Positions 27,026 through 37,006 of a stretch of DNA of 40,178 nt are shown piece after piece; within the stretch, counting starts at the first letter, position 1, and every line of letters starts with the position of its first letter. The DNA comes from Candidatus Heimdallarchaeota archaeon (lineage in GTDB: Archaea; Asgardarchaeota; Heimdallarchaeia; Heimdallarchaeales; Heimdallarchaeaceae): the NCBI GenBank assembly GCA_018238545.1, contig JABCTC010000033.1:1-40178 (forward strand), given 5' to 3'. The notes under the pieces were generated by a model. That model saw only the letters and a program-made list of their open reading frames with translations. It was not told where the DNA came from and made no database searches. Both the position numbers and the translations under genes were made by a program.

Positions 27026-28612
27026 ATGAGAACAGAATTTACTTTTACCATTATGGATTTAATAGGGCTTATAGCGTTACTTATTTTTGTTCTTGCTACA
27101 TTAACTATAGCTGAAATTCTACGAAGAAAAAACAAGGTTCAAGGGAGTACTTCACGGAAAATTGTTCATTTAACTGTTGGAAATGTTATTCTCGTTTTTC
27201 CCTTTTTCTTCTCAAACGTGTGGACTGCCTTGATTGGTCCCTTGTTCTTTATTCCTTTTACTTATTTTACTTCGTCAGCATCTCCAATAAAGAGTTTCCG
27301 TTTGAAAGGCGTTGGAGAAGGTCATGCCTATGGAACGGTTTTCTATGCCATTTCTCTTACAGTATTAGTTGGATTATTTTTCTATCCTGATACTACCGCC
27401 TCTAATCCGTATAATGTAATATTATTGGCTTCTTTCATGCCTTTAGTCTGGGGGGATGGAATGAGTGCTGTTATTGGAACTAAATTTGGTGAGAAGAGTA
27501 AATACAATGTTTTTGGTAGCACTAAATCTCTGTTAGGTAGTTGGACGGCAGCTTTTGCGACCCTAGTAGTGGTTGTTATATGTTGTTTAATTTTTCATCA
27601 AACACTAGAAGTCGCAATTTATATTGGATTGCTCACCGGTTTCATAACAGCGATAGTAGAGGCCATAACTCCAAAAGGGTTTGATAATATAGCAATTCCA
27701 GCTGCAAATGCTTTGGCATTGTTCTTATTATACACATTCGCTTTAGATAAAACCTTGGAAAATTTGAATACTGATCTATCTTTGTATTCGATAATTGGAG
27801 CCTTTGTGATTGGATTGGTGTTAGCAATTCTTGGTATAACCTTGAAAGCTTTAACCTGGGATGGAGCTATTGCTGGGTTTTATTTTGGGTTCATCATTCT
27901 CGGTTTAGGATCATGGACATGGGGAGCAATGTATGTTTCTTTCTTCATTATTGGTTCTTTATTTACATTCATTGGAAAAGACAAGAAAAAAGATGCAACG
28001 GAGGAGTTTGAAAAAGGAGAGACGGCGAGAGATAGTATCCAAGCAATGGTAAATAGCATAGTACCTGCAACACTTGTATTTATTGCAATTTTAGTACGAG
28101 AACCTATTTTCACAATTATGGCAGGGGGAGCTTTTGCTACAAGTTTGAGTGATACTCTAGGCACTGAGATAGGAGTATTGTCAAAGAAGAAACCTAGACT
28201 ATCCACAAAACCTTGGATAAAAACTGAAAGAGGCACACCAGGAGCTGTATCATTAATTGGTCTACTTGCTTCAATTATTGCGGCTGCAGTGATAGCGGGA
28301 ATAGGACTTGGTGTTATTTATCTGGACAATTTTGTAGTTATGTCTTCCTCTAAAATACTGTTTTTGATTGCTGTTATTATTGGAGGATTCTTAGGTGCGT
28401 ATACTGATAGTATCTTTGCTTGCACTATTCAAAAGATGAACAAATGTAATAAATGTGGCAAAATAACCGAAAAAAAAGTTCATTGCAATGAAGAGACAAT
28501 ATTCTATTCAGGCAAGCACTGGATGCATAACGATGTAGTTAACCTCTTTAGTGTTGCAATTGGCGCATTCATTTCAGCACTTGTGTATATCATTGGTCAC
28601 TATCTAATCTAA
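27026..28612 (+). CDS. Phytol/dolichol-kinase (CTP-dependent) domain fused to DUF92 (TMEM19/VTE6-like)
   Basis: N-half: RKIVHL, WGDGMSAVIG, KSLLGS, E.....G.DNIAIP. C-half: LTWDGAIAG, RDSIQAMVN, SDTLGTEIG, G.PGAVSLIG, DSIFACTIQ, NDVVN. Confidence 0.88.
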   Translation: MRTEFTFTIMDLIGLIALLIFVLATLTIAEILRRKNKVQGSTSRKIVHLTVGNVILVFPFFFSNVWTALIGPLFFIPFTYFTSSASPIKSFRLKGVGEGHAYGTVFYAISLTVLVGLFFYPDTTASNPYNVILLASFMPLVWGDGMSAVIGTKFGEKSKYNVFGSTKSLLGSWTAAFATLVVVVICCLIFHQTLEVAIYIGLLTGFITAIVEAITPKGFDNIAIPAANALALFLLYTFALDKTLENLNTDLSLYSIIGAFVIGLVLAILGITLKALTWDGAIAGFYFGFIILGLGSWTWGAMYVSFFIIGSLFTFIGKDKKKDATEEFEKGETARDSIQAMVNSIVPATLVFIAILVREPIFTIMAGGAFATSLSDTLGTEIGVLSKKKPRLSTKPWIKTERGTPGAVSLIGLLASIIAAAVIAGIGLGVIYLDNFVVMSSSKILFLIAVIIGGFLGAYTDSIFACTIQKMNKCNKCGKITEKKVHCNEETIFYSGKHWMHNDVVNLFSVAIGAFISALVYIIGHYLI

Positions 28613-28617
28613 AATTG

Positions 28618-29877
28618 TTATTTGTCACTTAGGCATTCAATTGCAGGAAGGAAAGTACCTTTCATTACTTCTAAACTTGCCCCTCCTCCAGTACTAATGA
28701 AAGAAACTTCATCTTGAAATCCAAATTTTTCAAAGGAAGCAGCTGAATCCCCACCTCCAATAATTGTATAGATGTGATTCTCAATAAGATGTGTAGCAAT
28801 CTCTTTAGTCCCTCTCTCAAATTCTTCTTTCTCGAAAACACCTAAAGGTCCTTGCCAGATTACTTGCTTTGATTCACTTAATATATTTTTGAAAGCCGTT
28901 ATTGTTTCCTCACCGATATCGACACCAACATGATTTTCGCGAATCTCCGTAATTGGAACTTGCTCAATTTTTGTTGGATAGTCCAATTCATCACATACAA
29001 TGACATCTCTCGGGAGATAAATATTGGTGCAACTTTCGTCTGCTTTTTTCATATATTGACGCACATCATCAAGTTTTGAAAGATCTCTTATTGATTTACC
29101 TATTGCATAACCCTTAGCTAATAAGAATGTAAAAGCCATTCCTCCCCCAATCAAGATATTGTCAACGACTCCAATAAGATACTTGATTACATCTAGCTTG
29201 TCTTCAACCTTCTTTCCTCCAAGAACAACTGTCAAAGGACGTTTAGGTTTAGTAATACAATTTGATAGAAATTTCATCTCTTTCTCAAGCAAGAAACCAT
29301 ATCCTTTCTCTTCTAGATGTTTACACACACCATATGTAGAAGCGTGTTTTCTATGAGCTGTTGCAAAAGCATCTGTTACATACACATCGGCTAATTCCGC
29401 CAGTTTTTTTGAAAACTCTTCATCATTTTCTTTTTCTTCTGGATGAAAACGAGGGTTTTCTAAAAGGAGTATCTCTCTAGGTTTAAGTTTCATAGCCATT
29501 TTTTCAACATCTGAACCAATGCAATCATCTGCTAGATAAATATTTGAAAAGGGGCAATATTCCTGTAATCTTTTGTAAACATTTACAATACGCATTGCTT
29601 CGTCTACTTCACCTTTCGGTCTTCCTAGATGGCTTATGAGCATAATACGACAGTTTTCATTTAGTAAGTAATGAATAGTTGGTAGAGTATATCTGATTCT
29701 TCGAGCATCAGTTATGTTACCATATTCATCCATAGGTACATTGAAATCTACACGCAATAGAACTCGCTTGTTTCTTAAATCCAAATCAGTTATAGATTTC
29801 TTATCTCTAAATTTTAGCATGTTTGTGAGGTCATGTTTTATATATCCCGCATTTTCATTAATTTCCGAAACAAGCAT
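28618..29877 (-). CDS. pgk: Phosphoglycerate kinase
   Basis: RVDFNVP, SHLGRPKG, LLENPRF, DAFATAHR.HAS, GGGMAFTF, GPLGVFE, GGGDS, ISTGGGASLE. Confidence 0.97.
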   Translation of the reverse strand: MLVSEINENAGYIKHDLTNMLKFRDKKSITDLDLRNKRVLLRVDFNVPMDEYGNITDARRIRYTLPTIHYLLNENCRIMLISHLGRPKGEVDEAMRIVNVYKRLQEYCPFSNIYLADDCIGSDVEKMAMKLKPREILLLENPRFHPEEKENDEEFSKKLAELADVYVTDAFATAHRKHASTYGVCKHLEEKGYGFLLEKEMKFLSNCITKPKRPLTVVLGGKKVEDKLDVIKYLIGVVDNILIGGGMAFTFLLAKGYAIGKSIRDLSKLDDVRQYMKKADESCTNIYLPRDVIVCDELDYPTKIEQVPITEIRENHVGVDIGEETITAFKNILSESKQVIWQGPLGVFEKEEFERGTKEIATHLIENHIYTIIGGGDSAASFEKFGFQDEVSFISTGGGASLEVMKGTFLPAIECLSDK

Positions 29878-30036
29878 TTATACTTCTCCTTGTGTTAACT
29901 GATACATATTGCATATACGTATCCGACTACATGTTATAGTGCGTTGAATAAAAAGATTATCCATCAATCTTTTGAAGAATATTGAAATTTCAACTGAATC
30001 AGCAGAAATAAGAAAAGCATTAATTATTTGTTTGTC

Positions 30037-30519
30037 ATGGAATTTCAGATTACTGAGAGCAAATCTTCAGATTTAATCGAAATATCGAGAATTTGGACAG
30101 AAGTAATAGATTATCATGCAAAATTTGATAATACGTTCACATTAGTTAAAGAAGGATCGCTAAATTTTCAATTGATGATAACTGCTGCTTTAACTGACTC
30201 CAGTCAGGTTGTATATGTAGCAAGAAAGGGAGAAGAAGTAATTGGATTTCTATACGGTTTTATCAAAAAATATTCAGGTATGTTTAAACCAAGGATAACA
30301 GCTCATGTTTCAGATATAGCAATCAAAAAAGATTATAGACGTAAAAACATTGGAACGGCATTAATGTCTAAATTTGAAAATGAATTTGCTAAATCTAGAA
30401 AGGCAGACGAGATATCACTTAATGTGCACTCGCAGAATATAGAAGGGTTAAATTTCTACAACAAATTAGGATTTAGTAAAAAACTTATTACTGTACAAAA
30501 GAGTTTAAGGAATGATTAA
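30037..30519 (+). CDS. GNAT family N-acetyltransferase
   Basis: HVSDIAIKKDYRRKNIGTALM (acetyl-CoA motif A) and N.EGLNFYNKLGF. Confidence 0.9.
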   Translation: MEFQITESKSSDLIEISRIWTEVIDYHAKFDNTFTLVKEGSLNFQLMITAALTDSSQVVYVARKGEEVIGFLYGFIKKYSGMFKPRITAHVSDIAIKKDYRRKNIGTALMSKFENEFAKSRKADEISLNVHSQNIEGLNFYNKLGFSKKLITVQKSLRND

Positions 30520-30918
30520 ACCTAGACCAAGATGGTTCATGGGAACAAAATCTTTGTTTATTTTTTGAAATCCCATACCACTCCCAATGGCAGATACAGG
30601 TAATGAAATAGAGCCTTGTTCAACTTTAAAAACCACTTCAATTTTTATTTTTGGATTAACTGTTTCTTCCATTTCATAACAAAAACACTTCGATTCTGCA
30701 GGTGAAAAACGTGTTGTCAAAACAACAGTATCATCAATAAGCAGTTGAATAATAGCCTTTGGATGACCTTCAATCTTATCAATTTGAACACATACTCCTT
30801 TTACACCATCTCTAAATAACAAAGCAGAAAATACTTGCTTCACTTCTTCTATGCCAGCACCCAATATTTTTGATAAAGGCAATGTAGCAGATGGCGTATA
30901 ACCCCAAACTTTAATCAT
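30505..30918 (-). CDS. Hypothetical beta-rich protein
   Basis: ORF probably starting at ATG 30918 (MIKVWGY); overlaps the convergent GNAT stop by 15 bp. Confidence 0.6.
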   Translation of the reverse strand: MIKVWGYTPSATLPLSKILGAGIEEVKQVFSALLFRDGVKGVCVQIDKIEGHPKAIIQLLIDDTVVLTTRFSPAESKCFCYEMEETVNPKIKIEVVFKVEQGSISLPVSAIGSGMGFQKINKDFVPMNHLGLGLIIP

Positions 30919-31019
30919 GTAGTTATTATTTCTTATTCTATTATTAATAAATTTACTTGAAAACAAAGAAGAATCACTAATTTTTTAATAAAAAATAAAA
31001 AGGAAAAAAGAAAAAAGAA

Positions 31020-32036
31020 TTATTTTCTCTTTTTCATTAAGACATAGACTGCGCCAATTATTGCTAATGGGATTACAGCGAATGCAAATTCGTATGATGT
31101 ATCAACAGGAGTTTTAACGAAGAAGTTAATGATATTATTGACAAACATTTGTCCATAATTGACACCATCGTTGTAAATACCATTTTCAGTTACTTGATCA
31201 TACATGAACTTGTAGTGAGTGAAAAATGCTTCTCCACCTACAATAAGATGACTGTCGTTAAGATCTTTCAAGTCTTCATATACAACGGCTGGAATGTAAC
31301 CTGTTTCACCGGCATATAGATCTAAATCACCGTCACTTACATCTGAATCAATTGAAGTTGCGTTTCTACCATAAGTTATTAGGACTTCCAAAATACTTGG
31401 AAAGACTGATTTTCCGAGGCGTAGATCCTTATAATAGGTTCCATCAAAAGCTAGAACGGCACAAGGTCCATGTAGAATAATACCGGCTTCCATACCTTCA
31501 GTAAGGTTGTAAACTAGATCATCATACAAGTCGTCTCCATAACCTAATTCATTTGCTCCAACTCTGTAAGCGGAACCATCATTAAATTCTGGATCTTCGA
31601 TAGAAGTAGCATCCAATCTTAGATGTGAATCAATGTACGAAAGTACACTGTTTATTGGATCAGGACTAAAGTAACCACCATAGTCAGAATCTCCAACTGC
31701 AATTAGCAATTTGTCTCCAAGTCCTAACCAAGCTTTGATGTCAGCTTTTTCAGCTGCTGTAAAGGCATCATCACTTTGGATTAAGAACAAAGCGTCTACA
31801 GCATCGGGTAGTTCCCATGTCTCGTTAATGAGTAGCACGGTGTTACCTGCTGCTGTTAAATTGTCCATTATGGGTGATAGATCGTCCATAGTTGTATGAT
31901 ACCCACCATGTGAAATGTCAAATGCAAAAGTTGCACCAGTCACTGTAATGGAGGTAGTATATGCCATGGTAGGAGCAACGCTCCCGTACATCATTCCCAC
32001 AATTAGAATTAATGCGAAAACATATTTTCTATTCAT
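31020..32036 (-). CDS. Secreted, C-terminally anchored GldG/DUF4350-like (glutamine-amidotransferase-like fold) surface protein
   Basis: Signal peptide; FDISHG, FT.AE...IK.WL..G..L...GDSD, N.VL; C-terminal TM plus KKRK; GGTGA-5nt RBS. Confidence 0.7.
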   Translation of the reverse strand: MNRKYVFALILIVGMMYGSVAPTMAYTTSITVTGATFAFDISHGGYHTTMDDLSPIMDNLTAAGNTVLLINETWELPDAVDALFLIQSDDAFTAAEKADIKAWLGLGDKLLIAVGDSDYGGYFSPDPINSVLSYIDSHLRLDATSIEDPEFNDGSAYRVGANELGYGDDLYDDLVYNLTEGMEAGIILHGPCAVLAFDGTYYKDLRLGKSVFPSILEVLITYGRNATSIDSDVSDGDLDLYAGETGYIPAVVYEDLKDLNDSHLIVGGEAFFTHYKFMYDQVTENGIYNDGVNYGQMFVNNIINFFVKTPVDTSYEFAFAVIPLAIIGAVYVLMKKRK

Positions 32037-32321
32037 TTATTTCACCGCACATATCTGTGCACGTAATACAAAAGATAACTACTATTTTAATGTTTTGCCT
32101 TACTTTTAGAGAGAATAGTTTCCCGACAAAAAAGCCATCTTTAACGCATTTTGTAGAATTATTTTAACGTTTTAATTATTAGAATGGATTACATGCTATG
32201 AAGTATACACTCCGACAATATTACGTATATTTAAAAAAAAATTTCAGAGCTGTTTTCATAACCAATAATTAACATTTATCTGCTGTAATTAAATAATTAC
32301 GCAAGTGCTAGTGATTCATAG

Positions 32322-33926
32322 ATGATCGAGATATTTCATGTAAGGCATAACAAATCACGTATACTTACTCCACAAACTGTTCTTGAGGTAGGAGATAGCA
32401 TATTAATTGCAGGTAAAGAAGAACAACTACCCTTTGTACAAGCTAATCAAAAACTCAGACTACATATATTGTTTATTTCCCCTGTTGGAACAATTATTGA
32501 TTCAGATCAATTACGTTTAGATGAAACAGGTCTCCGCCACATTTATCGTTTTCCGATAACACCCGACCTTTTTTCTGGTACCTACATCCTTCAGTTTGAT
32601 GGTGATTTTAAGCGTGTAACAAAGGTCAATATTAAAACAAAGAAGCAATTAATGCATCGATGGATATTTACATATGGTGTCAAGATAATAAATCCAAATA
32701 ATTATCCCATAAATGAATTCACCATAGATATCATGATACCACCTAACATTTCTCCCATTCAACAAATTACAAAGATTGAGTGTAACTTTCAACCTAGCAG
32801 ATTGATTACAGATAAAGAGGGAAATAGATGGATGAGATTTTACTTTGCACAACTCAATCCTAATGAAAAAATAACTGTCGCATATCGTGCGCTTATAATC
32901 ACTAGATTGGTCTCCTATGATGTTACAAGAATAAAATCAGAGGAAAAAAACATAGAAAATCTTTATCCTGAAACTTTTAGAAAATATACGCAAGATGAAC
33001 CATTTATTGATTCTTCGAACAAAAAAATCATTCAAATAGCCCAAAAAACAATTGGTTTTTCTGCGCTAAGCAAGGTTTTAGCGTTTCTGAAATTTCTCAG
33101 AGAAAATATTCAATTCCTTCCTCAAAGTGGTGACTTTGGAACACTTTATGCACTAGAAAATGGATACGGAGATTGTACTGAATTCGCTTCACTTTTTGTA
33201 AGTCTTTGTAGAGCTGCTAATGTACCTGCTAGACTTACTACGAGTATTATGCAAAGTGAAAATGGAGAATGGCAACATCATTCACAAGCTGAGTTTTTTG
33301 TAAATGGCATATGGATTCCAATCGATCCTACTTTGCAGGAAGATACGAGATATTTATTACGAAATCCTGGTTGCATAATGTTACAACGAGGTAACACAAT
33401 GGGAGATTCTCCAATTAGGCAGATTCGTTATTTCTATGACGACATTCAAAATAACAAGATAACAATACACACTTTCATTGACATATACAGCGATAAAGGA
33501 AAAATAATGAAAAAGATGAGAGAAATCCCTTCAGAATTGGTGCTAGGAACAAAAGGTACGCTTTTTGAGGATATATCTTGGAAACACACCATACCAAGTT
33601 TAGAACTAGAGCGACAGGTTCACAGTATTGATATTAGAGTAACTGCACCAGAAACTGCACCTGTTCACAAACCCTTCAATATTCCAGTTCATATGTATAA
33701 TAGAGGGGATGAAGATGTTACTGGAACGCTTCGGATATCTTTTGTTCGTGGTGGAATCTATACAAGCCATCTCTACCCGTTATTACTTGAAAGGAATTCT
33801 CATGAACCAATCATGATAGAAATCCCAGCAACAAATTTTCTAGGAAAAACTCTTGTTGAATTTATCTTCCAAGATGAAAATGGAGAAAAATTAGGCTACG
33901 AACAAAGAAAAATTCACTTTCAATAA
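32322..33926 (+). CDS. Transglutaminase-like (Cys-His-Asp) domain protein
   Basis: GDCTEFASLFVSLCRAANVPARL, HSQAEF, WIPIDPT; flanked by beta-rich domains. Confidence 0.9.
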   Translation: MIEIFHVRHNKSRILTPQTVLEVGDSILIAGKEEQLPFVQANQKLRLHILFISPVGTIIDSDQLRLDETGLRHIYRFPITPDLFSGTYILQFDGDFKRVTKVNIKTKKQLMHRWIFTYGVKIINPNNYPINEFTIDIMIPPNISPIQQITKIECNFQPSRLITDKEGNRWMRFYFAQLNPNEKITVAYRALIITRLVSYDVTRIKSEEKNIENLYPETFRKYTQDEPFIDSSNKKIIQIAQKTIGFSALSKVLAFLKFLRENIQFLPQSGDFGTLYALENGYGDCTEFASLFVSLCRAANVPARLTTSIMQSENGEWQHHSQAEFFVNGIWIPIDPTLQEDTRYLLRNPGCIMLQRGNTMGDSPIRQIRYFYDDIQNNKITIHTFIDIYSDKGKIMKKMREIPSELVLGTKGTLFEDISWKHTIPSLELERQVHSIDIRVTAPETAPVHKPFNIPVHMYNRGDEDVTGTLRISFVRGGIYTSHLYPLLLERNSHEPIMIEIPATNFLGKTLVEFIFQDENGEKLGYEQRKIHFQ

Positions 33927-33950
33927 AAAAAAGGAAGGGAAAAACTGGCA

Positions 33951-36848
33951 TTATATACCAGTTATTGCTTCTGCTCTTGATCCCAAGATAACATTGGTTA
34001 TGAATAGACTTACAATTTGTAGAAACATCAATATAACGCCTAATGCACAAAATATTTGGAATTTCAAAGGATTCCAGGCCATATACCATGTTATTGTTCC
34101 AGCATTAGCCTGAAATATCAGAAATATTGTTGTTGATACTTCAGATAAACAATAGAGGAACGATACTAGAGACCCTGCAAAAACATTTAGGGAGATTAGT
34201 GGTATAGTAATACTTGTAAAAGTTTTAGCTCTACTTGCTCCGAGGTTAAATGCCGCTTCCTCTAAGACTTCATCCATTTGTTGCAATCCTGCATAAGCAG
34301 ATCGTACCGTAAAGGGGAATTTTCTAACAGCATAACTCAGTATAAGTAATGTAACCGCTACTCCAATAAATGGATCTAAACGAAGAGATGATGTAATCCA
34401 TGCCATTGAGTTCGTAAACCAGTTAGGATTTCGTGAGGCAATTCCACTCCAATCAAAAGCTCTGTAATAACCAATCGCCAGTACAATTCCGGGAATAGCT
34501 ATAGGTAAAGTTACTAGAGCATCAAGAAGATTCTTTCCTCTGAAATCTTTTCTACTTATCACATAAGCTGCTAATGATCCTAGAACAACTATTAGTAACG
34601 TTGCTATTACACTGTATACCAAAGTATTAATCACATACCTTGGTATATTGTACGTTGAAGAAACGAAAACTAATCTATAATTTTCAATCGTGAATTTTAT
34701 ATCACCCGGGCTTCCAACACCCAGCGTTTCCATCAGAGACATAAGAATCACCCCCACATGCACCATGAGTGAATATGCAAATAACACTATAAGGAATGGA
34801 TATATGTATAATAATTTCCATCCTGCTTTTGCCATTCGGTATTGTCCAGCTCGACCTTTTGATACCATAGAGTATTTCCGGAGAGAGATATATTTTCTAA
34901 TCACAAAGAATCCGATAATGGCCATTATTAGTAAAATCCCACCTAAAACACACACTTCAGGCGTGATTACAGCAGACCCTGCTCTTGCATAGTTTTCAAA
35001 AATATAGTACGTCAGATAGTTTTTTGCAGCACTATCTCCCATCGCAGCAAAGATTATCGGAGTTCCTACATCTTCCATTGAGAGGATTAAGACCAATATT
35101 GCTCCTGCACCAATTCCGGGCATTGCAAGAGGAAGTGTTATAGTCCTAAATAATTTGAAACTACCAGCACCCAAATTTTCTGCTGACTCCTCCATTGTTG
35201 GATCAATATTGATAAAAGAAGAAAATGCATTAAGATAAACTAGAGCATAGAAATGTGATGTTTGCACAAGGGTAATAGCTATGAACCCTTCAAATATTAG
35301 TTTGAAGTTAAAGACTGGATCCAAAAAGAAATTGTTAAGAAAACCATTTGGACCAAGAATCAGACGGAAGCCCATACCAGAGATAAATGGTGGTATAATA
35401 AGAGGAGCTAGTGCTAAAATACTCACCAATCTTTTACCAGGGAACTCAAATCTTGCTAAGACAAAAGCTAATGCCGTTCCTAATAGTACAGAGAAAAGAG
35501 TTGTAGATAAACCCAGTATTATTGTGTTTACCACGACGCCTCTATTTACTCCACTCAAGACTAAGACATTCACAGTTCGTGTATCCTCATATTCTCCTAT
35601 CAAACTTAAAGCTAGAATGCTTGAACTATCTAGAATATGGATACCACCTTTTTCTTGAGCAAGGATTATCTGACTCGATGTTTCGTCGACATAGATATCT
35701 TGTGTTCTATAAATTGTAGTGTTGTAGTAACTTATTTCTGAGATATCTGAAACATTAGATGAATCTAATATTGTTAGTCCATAATCTAGCTTTATATCAT
35801 CACGAATAGTTACATAACTATAATTATCTACAACCTCTACGCCAAAGGATTTTATGTCAGATTTATAATCTAACAAAGAAAATGATAATGGATCAGAAAT
35901 ATCAAAAGTAGCAAAACCAAAAAGACCAAGTGCTACATAAGCTGTATTTCCCTCAATTTTAATATCTTGTGCTCTAATGGAAATGGTCTTATTAATACTA
36001 TCCTCAACATAATCATAAGAGTTTATAGTGTTAACTTCGATTGGGTCACTTGGGTCACTTATATCATATACAATTATTCCAGAGGCATATCCAATTAAAT
36101 ATGCATAATCACCAGAGATAGCTATTGTTTTTGAATCAGTTTCTATAGATATAGTTGATAGTACCTGTGGATCAGTAACATCTGAAACATTTATTATGGA
36201 AAATCCTTTGTTATTATTATCAAGATATACAAGATTATTGTCTATATCTAATGTTAAGAAATCTGTAGAATTAACTAAATCAGGAAGGAAACTTACAGGA
36301 TAAAAGGTATCAGATATATCTGAGATGTTAAAAATTGTTAATCCACTTTGACCAGCTGCTGTATAAAGATAATCACCTTGTATTTCCATATCCGTGAAAT
36401 AACTCACTTCATCATAATAATTAACAACTTCCGTAAGTGAATCTGGGTTCGTAATATTGATAATTTCAATACCAGCCCCTCTTTCAGCAACAAATGCAAG
36501 ATTATCTCGAACAATTACAGATACTGAGGGACCTCCGATTTGCTGCTCACCTATGTGCCACAGGTGAGTAGTGTTATCTCCTGGAAAATTAAAATGAATA
36601 GGATCGGTAAACACGTTTGTAATCGGTTGAGTAGACCATATTCCATTGAAGTAAACTCCACCTGATAAAACTAGGACTAATGGAACAACCATCCAAATAA
36701 TAAAGACAATTGTTACAATAACAATAATTAAGTTAGTTGAAGGGTCACGAAGTAGTTTTACGTACAATATATCAAGTAACGATTTTCTTCGTTTAGTTTT
36801 TTCTGTTGACTGGCTTTCATTCTTTTCTTTCTTTCTCGAGCTTGCCAT
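33951..36848 (-). CDS. Fe(III)/thiamine-type ABC transporter permease (two fused permease halves) with an inserted LVIVD-repeat domain
   Basis: Two EAA motifs (EESAENLGAG, EEAAFNLGAS), PPFISG and IPGIVL; seven LVIVD-like repeats between TM1 and TM2. Confidence 0.9.
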   Translation of the reverse strand: MASSRKKEKNESQSTEKTKRRKSLLDILYVKLLRDPSTNLIIVIVTIVFIIWMVVPLVLVLSGGVYFNGIWSTQPITNVFTDPIHFNFPGDNTTHLWHIGEQQIGGPSVSVIVRDNLAFVAERGAGIEIINITNPDSLTEVVNYYDEVSYFTDMEIQGDYLYTAAGQSGLTIFNISDISDTFYPVSFLPDLVNSTDFLTLDIDNNLVYLDNNNKGFSIINVSDVTDPQVLSTISIETDSKTIAISGDYAYLIGYASGIIVYDISDPSDPIEVNTINSYDYVEDSINKTISIRAQDIKIEGNTAYVALGLFGFATFDISDPLSFSLLDYKSDIKSFGVEVVDNYSYVTIRDDIKLDYGLTILDSSNVSDISEISYYNTTIYRTQDIYVDETSSQIILAQEKGGIHILDSSSILALSLIGEYEDTRTVNVLVLSGVNRGVVVNTIILGLSTTLFSVLLGTALAFVLARFEFPGKRLVSILALAPLIIPPFISGMGFRLILGPNGFLNNFFLDPVFNFKLIFEGFIAITLVQTSHFYALVYLNAFSSFINIDPTMEESAENLGAGSFKLFRTITLPLAMPGIGAGAILVLILSMEDVGTPIIFAAMGDSAAKNYLTYYIFENYARAGSAVITPEVCVLGGILLIMAIIGFFVIRKYISLRKYSMVSKGRAGQYRMAKAGWKLLYIYPFLIVLFAYSLMVHVGVILMSLMETLGVGSPGDIKFTIENYRLVFVSSTYNIPRYVINTLVYSVIATLLIVVLGSLAAYVISRKDFRGKNLLDALVTLPIAIPGIVLAIGYYRAFDWSGIASRNPNWFTNSMAWITSSLRLDPFIGVAVTLLILSYAVRKFPFTVRSAYAGLQQMDEVLEEAAFNLGASRAKTFTSITIPLISLNVFAGSLVSFLYCLSEVSTTIFLIFQANAGTITWYMAWNPLKFQIFCALGVILMFLQIVSLFITNVILGSRAEAITGI

Positions 36849-37006
36849 CTTAATTCTTCCAAAAATCTTTAGTCAAAAGCCAATAAACTTAATGCTTTTT
36901 GAACTTTACTTAAAATTTCAGTAAGAATCATGAAAAATTACAGAAAAGTCACTAGAATTAATAATTGAAAATATAAAAAGAAAGAAAGGAATTAGAGTAA
37001 TAATCT

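Noticed and set aside
32047-32060. GCACA-TATC-TGTGC hairpin next to the RBS of the 31020-32036 gene
   Set aside because: The 5-bp stem does not cover the RBS; too weak to call regulatory.
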